A DNA stretch of 64,000 nucleotides from a virus (taxonomy: Duplodnaviria > Heunggongvirae > Uroviricota > Caudoviricetes): IMG/VR virus record IMGVR_UViG_3300042286_000208, positions 70,287 through 134,286 of that record. One strand, given 5' to 3'. Below the pieces are notes generated by a model. The model made no database searches. It saw only the letters and a program-made list of their open reading frames with translations, and was not told where the DNA came from. Within the stretch, counting starts at the first letter, position 1. Every line of letters starts with the position of its first letter. Below are positions 51,188 through 61,255 of the stretch, in pieces. A program made the translations under genes and the position numbers.

Positions 51188-52306
51188 ATGTTTTTAATTA
51201 TTTTTGCAGTAATATTATTTATTGGAGCTGTAGCAGGTCTAGGTTTCAGAATGGAAAGAGTCCCTCAAATGAAAGAGGAGAGACGACTAAATGAATCAGG
51301 TACCGGATATGTTAAGGTAATGGTTGAGAGTGGTTATACTAATGATAAATTAGTATGGAAGCCCAGAAAATTACAATTACTTTCACCACTAGCCTTCATT
51401 TTTATTCTATTTGGTATGTTTACAACAGTAAACGCTAATGAAGTTGGTATTGTTTATGATCCTTTCAATGGCGGTCTTCAGCAAGAGAGTTTTGATGAAG
51501 GTCTGCATGTCAAAGCACCTTGGATTAAAGTTACAAAGATCTCAACAAAACTTAGAGAATCCAGTTTTGAAGTATATGCTCAAACTGGTCAAATCTATGA
51601 TAACAATGGAAATCCTACAGGTGGTGGGCAATGGGCAACATATGATGTTACTCTTCAATACCGTGTTGTTGTAACAGATGCATTCACTTTCTACAAGACT
51701 TTTGGATCTAATGAGATACCTGAGAGTACTTTAGAAGCTAGAATTCGTGAATCATTACAAAACACATCTACTGATTATGACGTATTCAGTATTCTTAAAG
51801 GTTCATTAAATGATGTTCGTTTAGATACTGAGGAAGATCTTCGCGAATCACTTGCTGAACTCGGTGTCTATGTAACATCTTTCATTATTAGAGATGTTGA
51901 CGCTGGTCCAGAAATTGAAGGCGTAGTAGAAGATGAAGCCACTGCAGCAAAACAAAAAGAAATTGCTATCAAAGAACAAGAAGCTGCGCTAATCAGAGAA
52001 GAAACACTTAAATTACAAGCTGAGATCCAAGCCGAAAAGCTTATCATCCAAGCAACAGCAGAAGCAGAAGCAGCAGCACTACTTAAATCAGTAACTGTTA
52101 ATGCAATCAATACTATGTATCTTGGTCAATTTGATGATGATGCTGAAAAACTTGCTTTTGAAACTAGCGGGACAGGCGGATTCTTAACAATTCAAGAAGT
52201 AGCTGATATTGTCATTGAACAACTTTTCTATGATACTTGGGATGGGATTTTACCTGAAGTTCTTGCTGGAGAAGATGGTTTAAGTATAATCTTACCATCT
52301 GAGTAA
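51188..52306 (+). CDS. SPFH/band-7 family membrane protein (stomatin/HflKC-like)
   Basis: N-terminal TM FLIIFAVILFIGAVAGL; band-7 core NANEVGIVYDPFNGGL...HVKAPWIKVTKISTK; coiled-coil A/E-rich C-terminus. Confidence 0.65.
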   Translation: MFLIIFAVILFIGAVAGLGFRMERVPQMKEERRLNESGTGYVKVMVESGYTNDKLVWKPRKLQLLSPLAFIFILFGMFTTVNANEVGIVYDPFNGGLQQESFDEGLHVKAPWIKVTKISTKLRESSFEVYAQTGQIYDNNGNPTGGGQWATYDVTLQYRVVVTDAFTFYKTFGSNEIPESTLEARIRESLQNTSTDYDVFSILKGSLNDVRLDTEEDLRESLAELGVYVTSFIIRDVDAGPEIEGVVEDEATAAKQKEIAIKEQEAALIREETLKLQAEIQAEKLIIQATAEAEAAALLKSVTVNAINTMYLGQFDDDAEKLAFETSGTGGFLTIQEVADIVIEQLFYDTWDGILPEVLAGEDGLSIILPSE

Positions 52307-52323
52307 TTAAAGTTCATTAAATA

Positions 52324-52356
52324 AAGAGGGGTTAATAGCTCCTCTTTATTTTTTAT
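52324..52356 (+). terminator. rho-independent terminator
   Basis: aaagagg...cctcttt hairpin followed by attttttatt. Confidence 0.55.
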
Positions 52357-52379
52357 TAAAAATTAAATAAGGAGTAAAT

Positions 52380-53024
52380 ATGAGTATATTACAAGAATAT
52401 GAAAGCATTAGAAAACGTCTAAAACCAGGCGAATTTGAAGCAATAGAAAGATATCTAGACATTAATACTGATATTCTTCTTTCTGATATATACTATAAAG
52501 AAGAAGAATACAAGAAATTCTTTGACTGGTGGAAAAAAGAATTATCATCAGAAGAAACCAAAGAAGTAAAAATTGACGAAAATATTCAAATATATGTTGA
52601 TGGTTCATATAATAAATCAAACAACCTGACTGGTGCCGGTGTAGTTATTATTTACGGTGACAAGGTATATAAAAAGTCTTTTATTGTTCCGACTGAAGAA
52701 GGTCATTCGTGGAATATAGATGGGGAATGTCATGCAACTCTAGAAGCTCTGAAAATATGCTCAGGGGAATCACTTATAGAGGAAACCAGAATAATAGCAA
52801 AAGATATAACAATAAATTATGATTATATGGGCATAGAGAAATGGGCAACCAGGGAATGGAAAGCCAAATCAGATATATCGAAGTTATATATAAAAGAATT
52901 TGATAAACTTATCGATAAGCATAATATTAATGTGAGTTTTAATAAGATTAAGGCTCATACGGGCGATAAATATAATGAGATCGCAGATGGCTTAGCATAT
53001 GGAGCAACACAAAAAGCTTCATAA
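52380..53024 (+). CDS. rnhA: ribonuclease H1 with N-terminal extension
   Basis: IYVDGSY, ECHATLEAL, INYDYMGIEKW, KIKAHTGDKYNEIADGLA match RNase H catalytic DEDD motifs. Confidence 0.7.
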   Translation: MSILQEYESIRKRLKPGEFEAIERYLDINTDILLSDIYYKEEEYKKFFDWWKKELSSEETKEVKIDENIQIYVDGSYNKSNNLTGAGVVIIYGDKVYKKSFIVPTEEGHSWNIDGECHATLEALKICSGESLIEETRIIAKDITINYDYMGIEKWATREWKAKSDISKLYIKEFDKLIDKHNINVSFNKIKAHTGDKYNEIADGLAYGATQKAS

Positions 53025-53056
53025 TAATAAAGGCATAATAATAAAGGAGATAGTAA

Positions 53057-53361
53057 TGGGCAAAAGAATAGATCCTATTATCGTTGAGAAAATCGTATCT
53101 CTTTTTAAGACTGATATGAATGATGGCGATATAGCAGGAGAGTTTAACGTTTCTGTTTCTTATGTAAATAAATTAAGAAATAATTACAAAAATTTTGAAG
53201 AAAACACAAAACCGTCTTTAGAAAAAGAGTTTGTTGTAGTAGAAGATACTTCGGCAATTGATGAGATTGATGTTTTAGAATTAAAAATAAACTCTTTGAA
53301 ACAAACTTTAAAATGGTATGAAGAGTTGTTAAGTATTAAAAAAGAAAAATTCAAAAAATAA
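53057..53361 (+). CDS. small HTH DNA-binding protein (sigma-70 region-4-like)
   Basis: DIAGEFNVSVSYVNKLR helix-turn-helix; RBS aaaggaga. Confidence 0.45.
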
Positions 53362-53644
53362 AATAAACTATAATAACAATCGCTGCGGTAACGCAGCACG
53401 CTTAGAGTAATTCTAAGTGTCCGTTGACAAAGATAAATCCTGTCATAAATCACGTGATAAAATATGAATCAAGTTTTATGAATTGTGTTTTATAGGCAGT
53501 AAAACCGGGTTAATGGGTATAAGGTTGGTGAGATCGATCGCCTCCTTTAGCCGACTTTAAAAATAAATAAAAACCAGGGTCTTTCCTTTTAAACCATGTT
53601 ATTATAGACATAAAAAAAATAAATATAGAAGAGGAGATATCGAT
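53362..53644 (+). other. GC-richer non-coding region with hairpins and a sigma70-like TTGACA
   Basis: gctgcg-gtaa-cgcagc perfect hairpin (53385-53400); TTGACA at 53426; gatcgcctcctttag resembling the 16S rRNA 3' end. Confidence 0.3.
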
Positions 53645-54304
53645 ATGTATTATTTAATTGTTGGTCCTACCTGCACGGGAAAGGACAAGATTGCAAACTA
53701 TATTGTAGAGAACTTTGAGAGTATAAAAACAATAACATCAACAACCTCAAGACCTATTAGACCAAAGGAAAAAGATGGTCAAGAATATTATTTTATTACA
53801 TCAGATGAATTTAGAAAAATATTAGATGAGGATGGTTTTGTTGAGTATAGAGTTTACAATACCACTGTAAAAGGTGTTCCAGATACTTGGTATTATGGGA
53901 TTGAGAAATCAAAAGTCTCTGATGAAGACAGTGATTACGTTGTAGTAATAGACTACAAGGGAGCTATGGAATTTGCTGAGTATTTCGGCAGAGAAAAATG
54001 TATTTTGATTTATGTCAAATCTTTATATTATGAAAGATATATAAGAAACATTTTAAGAGGCGATTTTGATAAATCAGAATGGTTAAGAAGAAACAAAGAA
54101 GACTCTAAATGGCTGAAACAAGCAGAGGAGTCAGCTGATATCATTATAGAAAACTATGGATACGATCATCCGCAAAATCCAAATCCTGATAGCTTAGGTA
54201 TAGACATTGTGGAATCTGATAGAGATGTTCAAAAAAATAGCTTTGAAGATACTAAAAATGAAATCATGAACATAATAGGACATCTATCAAAAAAGAATTT
54301 ATAA
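53645..54304 (+). CDS. guanylate kinase-like P-loop nucleotide kinase
   Basis: P-loop IVGPTCTGKD; TSTTSRPIRPKEKDGQEYYFITSDEFRKILDEDGFVEYRVY ~ Gmk [23 protein letters not shown]...EF(L/V)E. Confidence 0.6.
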   Translation: MYYLIVGPTCTGKDKIANYIVENFESIKTITSTTSRPIRPKEKDGQEYYFITSDEFRKILDEDGFVEYRVYNTTVKGVPDTWYYGIEKSKVSDEDSDYVVVIDYKGAMEFAEYFGREKCILIYVKSLYYERYIRNILRGDFDKSEWLRRNKEDSKWLKQAEESADIIIENYGYDHPQNPNPDSLGIDIVESDRDVQKNSFEDTKNEIMNIIGHLSKKNL

Positions 54305-54367
54305 AACTTATATATTATAGTGATGTATAAGTTCAAAATCATTATAATAGAAAAAGGAGAATAAAAC

Positions 54368-55168
54368 ATGGCAGATATATTAGAGAGAGCTTTAGATTGT
54401 GAACAAAATCTTATAGCTAGTATTTTAGAAGAAAATAGATCGTTAAAGGAAATAATAGATAATACAAAAAAACCACCAAAACCATTGACTTTAAAGGAAA
54501 AGAAAATGGTTTTATCAGAACTAAAGGAAATATACAATATAGAATTTGTTCAACAAAATGGTCAGCAACAGGTTATATTTTATTTTAATAGAATTAACTT
54601 GTATCTTGACCCAGGGACAAGAACAGGCGCTATTGAGTATAGAAAAATTCCCTTCTACTATTTATGGAAGTTGGGTTTTATTAATTTTAGAACATCAAAA
54701 TCAAAAGTGGTTATGACAATACATGATAGCGGTCTCACTAATTTTTATTCCGTTTATGAAAATGACAACCAAAAGAATTTTCATGACTGGGGTTTAAATT
54801 GTTGGGGAGGTTGGTCCACAGTGATAAATCAACTAATAACAGAAAAGAAATTTTATGATGCTGCACTACATATAGTTTCTAGAATGAAACAAGCCACAGT
54901 TAATGATGGAGTTTCTTCTTTTGAGAAAATGTGTCAGTTCCAATACGAGTCAAAACCTTATGTTCTTTTAAATGATCAAGAGGCTGAATTCTTTAAAGAC
55001 GAGATATGTTGGTTAACAGATAACAACCTTGAAAGGGAATCACCGGATATTAAAAATTTTGTAAAAGATACAGAAAATGATCTATATTATGTAGATATTC
55101 ATTTTAGGGGGAATAACTATAGACTAGCTATTTCAAATGAATCTTATGAAAGGATAGTGAGTAGATAA
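54368..55168 (+). CDS. conserved-Cys protein, paralog A of 57019-57894 (motif HDWGLNCWGGW); candidate E2-like or other thiol enzyme
   Basis: Shares H-D-x-G-[LI]-N-C-W-G-G-W-x(8)-L-x(7)-[RQ]-M-[KQ]-Q and upstream block with 57019-57894; lies in the E1/JAB cluster. Confidence 0.35.
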   Translation: MADILERALDCEQNLIASILEENRSLKEIIDNTKKPPKPLTLKEKKMVLSELKEIYNIEFVQQNGQQQVIFYFNRINLYLDPGTRTGAIEYRKIPFYYLWKLGFINFRTSKSKVVMTIHDSGLTNFYSVYENDNQKNFHDWGLNCWGGWSTVINQLITEKKFYDAALHIVSRMKQATVNDGVSSFEKMCQFQYESKPYVLLNDQEAEFFKDEICWLTDNNLERESPDIKNFVKDTENDLYYVDIHFRGNNYRLAISNESYERIVSR

Positions 55169-56323
55169 ATGTTATATGATAAAGCTTGTGCAATAGCTTT
55201 AATTAATAGAATACAATCAAACGGTCCTTTATATATTGAGGATCAGTACACAAAAAGTGATTATATATTCTATAAATTTAAGGGTTCAAATATAGCTGTA
55301 ACTAAAAAATTAAACCATCTAGATCTATCTATTCTTTCAGAAGAGGATCTAAATTATCTTTTGGATACAGTAACAAAAGAATTTATTGAGGAAAACGAAG
55401 AGGAATTTGAGAAACTATCTTTGCAATATTATTCTATAATAAAAAAATGGAATGACGAACACTCGATGATTTCAAAAATGTTTAAGTTTGTAAACAATAG
55501 CGCTTTGAATGACAGAACTCTAGTTGAGACAGAAAGAAAACTTTCGACGAATAAAGCTATTTTAGATTTATTACTAAACAATAGATTAACAATATTAAAA
55601 AACATTAGAGTTGTAGAAGAAGAAGATAATTCAATTACCTTAGATGTTAATATTGAAAAAAAATTAACAAGGGATCACAGAAATACATCGGACGCATTAA
55701 AAATAGAACTAATAGTTCAACCAACGGATTCCAACATAGAGGAATTTAGACGAGTAGTTTATCGTGAGATGGGAACTGATTTTGAAGAGAATTCTATATT
55801 TGTAAATAGAGTTAATCTATTAATTAGTATACTGATAGCTAAATATAATAGAAACACAACAAATGTACCATTTGATTTACATAAAACCAATTTATTCAGA
55901 ATCAAATCAAATAACCTAGTTAGTGACAGAGAAAATGATGAAATCTTTATGAGAAATTATAAAAATATCTTGATCGGTATTATCAACTCACCATCTAGTA
56001 GTATAATGCAAATGTTATTCGGTGGATATTATTATTACAGTATATGGGATCTAAGAAGAGGTATCGGAGATAATGTTGCTGATCTTGATATTGATTATGC
56101 TTCTATGTCGAATGAACATTTGATTATGTTCAGGGACTTAGTTACTTGGTTAATAAATAGACATGCTAGATACATCGGTGTAAACGAAAAAGATAGAGAA
56201 AGTTATTGTATGTATCTTGGTTCAAATATATTAAAAGGAAAAAAAGATACGAAGGAAGTTCTGACAAGACACTTAAATCTATCAGAAATGAATTCAGAAA
56301 TTCAAAGAAGACAAATAGGATAA
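55169..56323 (+). CDS. hypothetical protein, paralog A' of 57894-59027
   Basis: Shares EFIEENEEEFEKLS / EYIEENELLSEEDLEEKF region and similar length (384 vs 377 aa) with 57894-59027. Confidence 0.4.
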   Translation: MLYDKACAIALINRIQSNGPLYIEDQYTKSDYIFYKFKGSNIAVTKKLNHLDLSILSEEDLNYLLDTVTKEFIEENEEEFEKLSLQYYSIIKKWNDEHSMISKMFKFVNNSALNDRTLVETERKLSTNKAILDLLLNNRLTILKNIRVVEEEDNSITLDVNIEKKLTRDHRNTSDALKIELIVQPTDSNIEEFRRVVYREMGTDFEENSIFVNRVNLLISILIAKYNRNTTNVPFDLHKTNLFRIKSNNLVSDRENDEIFMRNYKNILIGIINSPSSSIMQMLFGGYYYYSIWDLRRGIGDNVADLDIDYASMSNEHLIMFRDLVTWLINRHARYIGVNEKDRESYCMYLGSNILKGKKDTKEVLTRHLNLSEMNSEIQRRQIG

Positions 56324-56335
56324 GGAGATAAAATA

Positions 56336-57007
56336 ATGGACTTAACAAAATTAGAAGCTTGGTTTAATCCAATTAAAATAACAAATACAATTACTGTGAT
56401 TGGATCTGGAGCTTTAGGCTCTTGGATGATTGAAGGTTTAGTTAGAATGGGATTTACAAATATTAACATTTATGATGATGATGTAGTAAATCCTCATAAT
56501 ATTAGCAATCAAAACTTTCTTGAGTCACAAATCGGCGAAGGAAAGATTGAGTGTATGATCGAAAGAGCTAAGGCTATCAACCCTTTTGTAAAAATCAATG
56601 GTCACGGAAGATATAACTTTGATAAAGACAACCCTAATTATTTATCTGGATATGTTTTCTTGTGTCTTGATAATATCGATACAAGACGTATGATTGTAGA
56701 AAACAACCCTTATGTTATGTTTTGGACAGATATCAGAATTGGTTTAGAAGAGGGTCAGGTATACTCTGCCTCTAGAAAAGAAAGACAAGACCTTCTAAAT
56801 ACAATGCAATGGAAACAAGATGATCCCGACAGAGTTGTTAAATTAAGTGCTTGTGGTAGAGAGTTGGGTATTCTCCCTACTGTTTGGTTGGTAATTAGTC
56901 AAGCATTAAATAATTTCGTTCTATACCTGAAACAAAACGAGGGCGAGAAAAACTTTAAAACTATTATTTCAGACTCAGTAGCTATGAAAACAGTGGCCTT
57001 CAAGTAG
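56336..57007 (+). CDS. ThiF/MoeB-type E1-like adenylyltransferase
   Basis: Rossmann ITVIGSGALGSW; YDDDVVNPHNISNQNF (E1 D.D.V..SNLNRQ); CLDNIDTR; C-terminal SACGRELGILPTVWLVISQALNNF matches MoeB cysteine-loop region. Confidence 0.7.
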   Translation: MDLTKLEAWFNPIKITNTITVIGSGALGSWMIEGLVRMGFTNINIYDDDVVNPHNISNQNFLESQIGEGKIECMIERAKAINPFVKINGHGRYNFDKDNPNYLSGYVFLCLDNIDTRRMIVENNPYVMFWTDIRIGLEEGQVYSASRKERQDLLNTMQWKQDDPDRVVKLSACGRELGILPTVWLVISQALNNFVLYLKQNEGEKNFKTIISDSVAMKTVAFK

Positions 57008-57018
57008 AGGTCACTGTC

Positions 57019-57894
57019 ATGGAAGAAAATAATAGAATAAATCTTTTTGATTCTGACATATTTTTTGATTCTATAGCTGAGAGAATGGATATTGTTGATG
57101 AATTAAAAAACAGACAACCTAAAGAAAAATTTAACGATAAAATTAGTTTTGTTGATAAATCTTTATTTAAAAGGGTTCTTAAGGATATAACCGATATAGA
57201 AGTTCAAGGAGAAACATTAAAAGTGTATTTCCTAAGGGGAGTTACAATGCATATTGATAGCGCCGGAACGAGTGTTGAAGAATATAACCAAAGAATCGTA
57301 AGAGAAGACTACAGAGTTCTTAAGATTATCGAAGAATTGGTAAATATGGGCGAAATAAGTTTGAGAACATCTCCATTTGTTGTTGAAATGAATAAGGATG
57401 ATTTGAGAGCACGTTACCATAGATCTTTAGATGAAGAAATTATGGGTTGGGATGCTATTAAAAATTTACATGATGAAGGAATTAATTGTTGGGGCGGCTG
57501 GGGTGGTCCGGTTAGATCGAACTATGACAGTCTTAATATGGAAAACAGTTTAATGTTCATGACACAAAGAATGCAACAGCTTAACATCGATGATTTTTCA
57601 GGTGATGTAAATAGAATGTCTGCTCTAATTGTCAATGTTTATAAAAATAAACCTCTCGTTATAAACCCAATTATTTTGGCTAGACTTGTTGTTGAGTATG
57701 ACTTAGATAGAAGGGTTATAGAGGACGAGGATTATGCTTACTTCAGTAAAGATTTTCGGAGTAAAAATCTAAATATCTTACTCGGCGTTAAGACTAATAT
57801 CGATTATTCTATATTTGTTGGTCTGGTTAAAAAAATTAGAGATACACATAGCGGCGAAAAAACTAAGATTAAATTGAAAAGAAGTGATACATAA
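57019..57894 (+). CDS. conserved-Cys protein, paralog B (motif HDEGINCWGGW)
   Basis: See 54368-55168. Confidence 0.35.
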   Translation: MEENNRINLFDSDIFFDSIAERMDIVDELKNRQPKEKFNDKISFVDKSLFKRVLKDITDIEVQGETLKVYFLRGVTMHIDSAGTSVEEYNQRIVREDYRVLKIIEELVNMGEISLRTSPFVVEMNKDDLRARYHRSLDEEIMGWDAIKNLHDEGINCWGGWGGPVRSNYDSLNMENSLMFMTQRMQQLNIDDFSGDVNRMSALIVNVYKNKPLVINPIILARLVVEYDLDRRVIEDEDYAYFSKDFRSKNLNILLGVKTNIDYSIFVGLVKKIRDTHSGEKTKIKLKRSDT

Positions 57895-59027
57895 TGGCAA
57901 AAGTTTTTAAAATAGACAAGACATCAAAAAAGAAAATAATAGCAGCTTATGATGTATATCATCTTGATTCAAAAATATTATATGTGGTAGACTCTTATAG
58001 AAAAGGAATTTATAATGTATATACTTTTTCAGATAATTTTCATATAGGTATAAACATTGATGGAGATACAATTAACCAAGTATTCATTAAACCAGATATA
58101 GAAAACATTGCCACAGAACGATATTCAGAATTAGAAAAAGAATATATTGAAGAAAATGAATTGCTAAGCGAAGAAGACCTAGAGGAAAAATTTAAAAATG
58201 CTAGTATGAAAATAAACCTAGCAATAGAGGAATTCATAACCAGAAAAAACTTATATAACAACTATAAGATAGCTAAAGAAAATCAAATTAAAGCTTTAAA
58301 AGGAAGACTAACAAACAGAATAAAAGAAGAGGAAGATCTTATTGAGAGAATGAGAAGCAAAAAAATGCGATTCGTATTAACTGGAACAGAACCTTCTTCA
58401 AATGTAAATGTTGATTTAAAAATATCGGCATATCTAGTAAACAACAACACTGGAAGACCGTTTTTAAGCTGGTCAATCAGTAAAAATAGAGAGAATCTAG
58501 ACAAGTTGTTAAACAATACAAATGCTATTTTCCCTAATGATGAATTAGCTAGGGCACTATATGAGTATATCGTGATAACAACATACTACATAGATAACGA
58601 ATCTTTATTTGAAAATCTTTTTAGTACAGTTGAATATGTCGCTAATGAAGAAGATGCTATAAATTCTCTTCGTCGTTTATTTGAGCGTGATCCTCGATAT
58701 CGAGGAGATATGCGTGCAATTCATAAACCTATAAGAGAAACATATAGGGTTCAAGAAGAAATAAGATCTGGTCTACGTCCTAGAATTTTAAATTATGATT
58801 TGATTGATGATATTGATCATCTCAATAGAATCTATAATTTATATTTATTATTGGTAGAGAGACATAAAAAATATATCACCACTCAGATTAAAGATATAGA
58901 ACAAGATTTCTTCGGTTTGAATGTTCCTTTAGCTGGGTCAAAATCTACGAAACAGATTTTAAATAGTGTTCTTCAAATAGAAAGATTATCTGAAAGAATT
59001 AGAATATTAGAAGAACAAAACAACTAA
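57894..59027 (+). CDS. hypothetical protein, paralog B'
   Basis: See 55169-56323; start overlaps upstream stop. Confidence 0.4.
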   Translation: MAKVFKIDKTSKKKIIAAYDVYHLDSKILYVVDSYRKGIYNVYTFSDNFHIGINIDGDTINQVFIKPDIENIATERYSELEKEYIEENELLSEEDLEEKFKNASMKINLAIEEFITRKNLYNNYKIAKENQIKALKGRLTNRIKEEEDLIERMRSKKMRFVLTGTEPSSNVNVDLKISAYLVNNNTGRPFLSWSISKNRENLDKLLNNTNAIFPNDELARALYEYIVITTYYIDNESLFENLFSTVEYVANEEDAINSLRRLFERDPRYRGDMRAIHKPIRETYRVQEEIRSGLRPRILNYDLIDDIDHLNRIYNLYLLLVERHKKYITTQIKDIEQDFFGLNVPLAGSKSTKQILNSVLQIERLSERIRILEEQNN

Positions 59028-59106
59028 AAATATACAACATCTCCTCCAGATAATGTTATAGAATACAATTATCTGGAGAAGATAAATATAAACTAATCGT
59101 TTTTAT

Positions 59107-59119
59107 TTATATATTATAA
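59107..59119 (+). promoter_or_regulatory. class-2 motif TTATATATTATAA upstream of JAB gene
   Basis: Copy of recurrent 13-mer, 51 nt before start 59170. Confidence 0.4.
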
Positions 59120-59169
59120 GTTTGAATTAAAGAAATATTTTTAACAAAAAAGAAAGAGAGGGCAAGCAA

Positions 59170-60351
59170 TTGAATCAAGAAAACGAAAAAGTGAACAAGA
59201 CAGAAGAAAAAGATCTGGCATATCTTCTTGGTATTGAGGCTTTTAAAGAAATATTAAGAGCATCTAATCAAGATAAAGATCCGTCAACAAAAAGAACTCT
59301 GTTAGATGATCCCGAAATCGTATTTGAATATTTATATTTAGAAATACCCACAAATCATCCAACAAAAGTAGGAGAAGAAGTCATTCTTATTGAAGAAGAC
59401 AGAGTTGGATTCTTAAAAGGTTGGGAAGAGGAAGAAGAAAAATATCAACTTCAAATAGATGCTGAAATTGAAGAGGCTTATAGATCTAAGGAATTATACC
59501 CTAGAGAGGGTATTTTTACCTTTGACAATGATTCCGGTAAAAAAGATGAAAAGGCTTACGACTATAGCAAATATAGATATGTGGAGCCTAAACTTATCTA
59601 TGATAGGTTCAATAAGGTTGAGACATCTACTAAAAAAATAGTTTTTCCCAAAGATTTATCTGAGTTATTTTGGAACATATTTCAAACCGCATCGGGCAAA
59701 GAAATCATGTTTTATGGAGAAATGATACAATCTGAAGAAGATAAAGATCTATACACTGTCTCAGGTATGAATTTCCCACCACAAAAAAATTATGGTGGTT
59801 ATGTAGAGACTGTTGATGGAAAATATGAAACATGGGTATTTAATGAAATTATACTTAAAGGAAAAAAGATTCCTCTGCATGTTCATACTCATCCAGATTT
59901 TAGTGCTTTCTCATCATCTGTTGACGAAAGACAAATTAAACAATATATTGAAGATAACGAAGGAAACCCTTTTGTTGTTCAACTAATAGTATCTAACCCT
60001 AGAAAAGGCAGCTATTTTATTAGATGGTTTGATTTAGAGAATGATACATGGGAAAGACCTAATGTGGAATTTACTTTTGATAAATATGATGTAGAAGCTG
60101 AATTCCCAGGAATATTCCAATTTGATGCACCACCTAGAGTCACAAGTTCTCCTTCGTCGAGACTTAGTGATTTCAACTATAAGTCTTGGTATAGTGACTT
60201 CAAAGGTAGAGGTTTCTATGAAGATGACGAAGATGAAGATCATGAAGAAGCTAAAGACTTATATCATGATGAAGATGGTGAAGACTTGTCAGATCCAAAA
60301 GAATTCGACAAATATTTTAGCAAGAATTATAAAAAATTAATTAAAAATTAA
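59170..60351 (+). CDS. JAB/MPN(+) JAMM-family metalloprotease
   Basis: Perfect JAMM motif H-T-H-PDFSAFS-S-SV-D (HxHx7Sx2D) in HVHTHPDFSAFSSSVD with upstream Glu; acidic C-terminal tail. Confidence 0.7.
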   Translation: MNQENEKVNKTEEKDLAYLLGIEAFKEILRASNQDKDPSTKRTLLDDPEIVFEYLYLEIPTNHPTKVGEEVILIEEDRVGFLKGWEEEEEKYQLQIDAEIEEAYRSKELYPREGIFTFDNDSGKKDEKAYDYSKYRYVEPKLIYDRFNKVETSTKKIVFPKDLSELFWNIFQTASGKEIMFYGEMIQSEEDKDLYTVSGMNFPPQKNYGGYVETVDGKYETWVFNEIILKGKKIPLHVHTHPDFSAFSSSVDERQIKQYIEDNEGNPFVVQLIVSNPRKGSYFIRWFDLENDTWERPNVEFTFDKYDVEAEFPGIFQFDAPPRVTSSPSSRLSDFNYKSWYSDFKGRGFYEDDEDEDHEEAKDLYHDEDGEDLSDPKEFDKYFSKNYKKLIKN

Positions 60352-60367
60352 AAGGAGAAAATAGAAT

Positions 60368-61111
60368 ATGTATACAGAACAGATTGATCTACCTGCATTA
60401 CTTAGACAGATTTTAACAAATTTCTTGATGTCTATCGCTTCTGGTAATTCAGTTGATGCTTTTATTTCTAATAGTGTGGAAGTTAGAAGATTATTAACAG
60501 AATTTGATGAATTAAGAGATCAAAATGCTACTATGAGAGAAACTATATCATCTTTAGAAGATCAACTAAATAGAGCTACTGATATCATGACAGCACAAGA
60601 AGAAAGAATGAATAGAAACACAAATCAAGAAGCAGTATCTTTACTCCTAAGAGCTGTTGAAATTTTAGGTGGAACCTCTGAACCATCAGAAGTAGTATAC
60701 CAAACAGGAGAACAAATACATGAGACCGTTCAATCAGCACAGGAAGTAGAACCAATTACAGCTTCTGATATCGATGATTTCGATGATATGTATGAATCTG
60801 ATGAAGTTGAAGATGAAAATTTAGTTTCTGAAGATAGTGTCCTTGAAGATGAGGATCTTGATAGTCTTTATAGTGATGAATTTGATTTAGAAGATGAGGA
60901 TCTAGAGGAAGAGGATGTAGTCCAACCAACACAAGAGATTGTAATAACTAAACATCCTGAAATCACAGATAACTTTGTTAATCCTAGAGATCCACATATG
61001 AACACACTTATCTTTGTTAGATATTCACACCTTCCATATCATTATATTTCTGAAGGAATCAGATATAAATTAGTATTGAATGGGAGCGAAATTGTTTCAT
61101 CAAGAGTTTAA
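60368..61111 (+). CDS. hypothetical acidic coiled-coil protein
   Basis: 247-aa ORF, E/D-rich middle. Confidence 0.45.
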   Translation: MYTEQIDLPALLRQILTNFLMSIASGNSVDAFISNSVEVRRLLTEFDELRDQNATMRETISSLEDQLNRATDIMTAQEERMNRNTNQEAVSLLLRAVEILGGTSEPSEVVYQTGEQIHETVQSAQEVEPITASDIDDFDDMYESDEVEDENLVSEDSVLEDEDLDSLYSDEFDLEDEDLEEEDVVQPTQEIVITKHPEITDNFVNPRDPHMNTLIFVRYSHLPYHYISEGIRYKLVLNGSEIVSSRV

Positions 61112-61166
61112 TTTAAATCAACAAGGGGTATAATATATGATCGAATATCATACCCCTAAAAATATT

Positions 61167-61177
61167 TTATATATTAT
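61167..61177 (+). promoter_or_regulatory. class-2 motif TTATATATTAT upstream of 61256
   Basis: Copy of recurrent motif; followed by A13 tract and strong RBS caggagga. Confidence 0.4.
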
Positions 61178-61255
61178 TAAGTTGTATTAAAAGAGGAATT
61201 ATGTTAATATAACATAATATTCTCAAAAAAAAAAAAAACAGGAGGATTCAAAATT

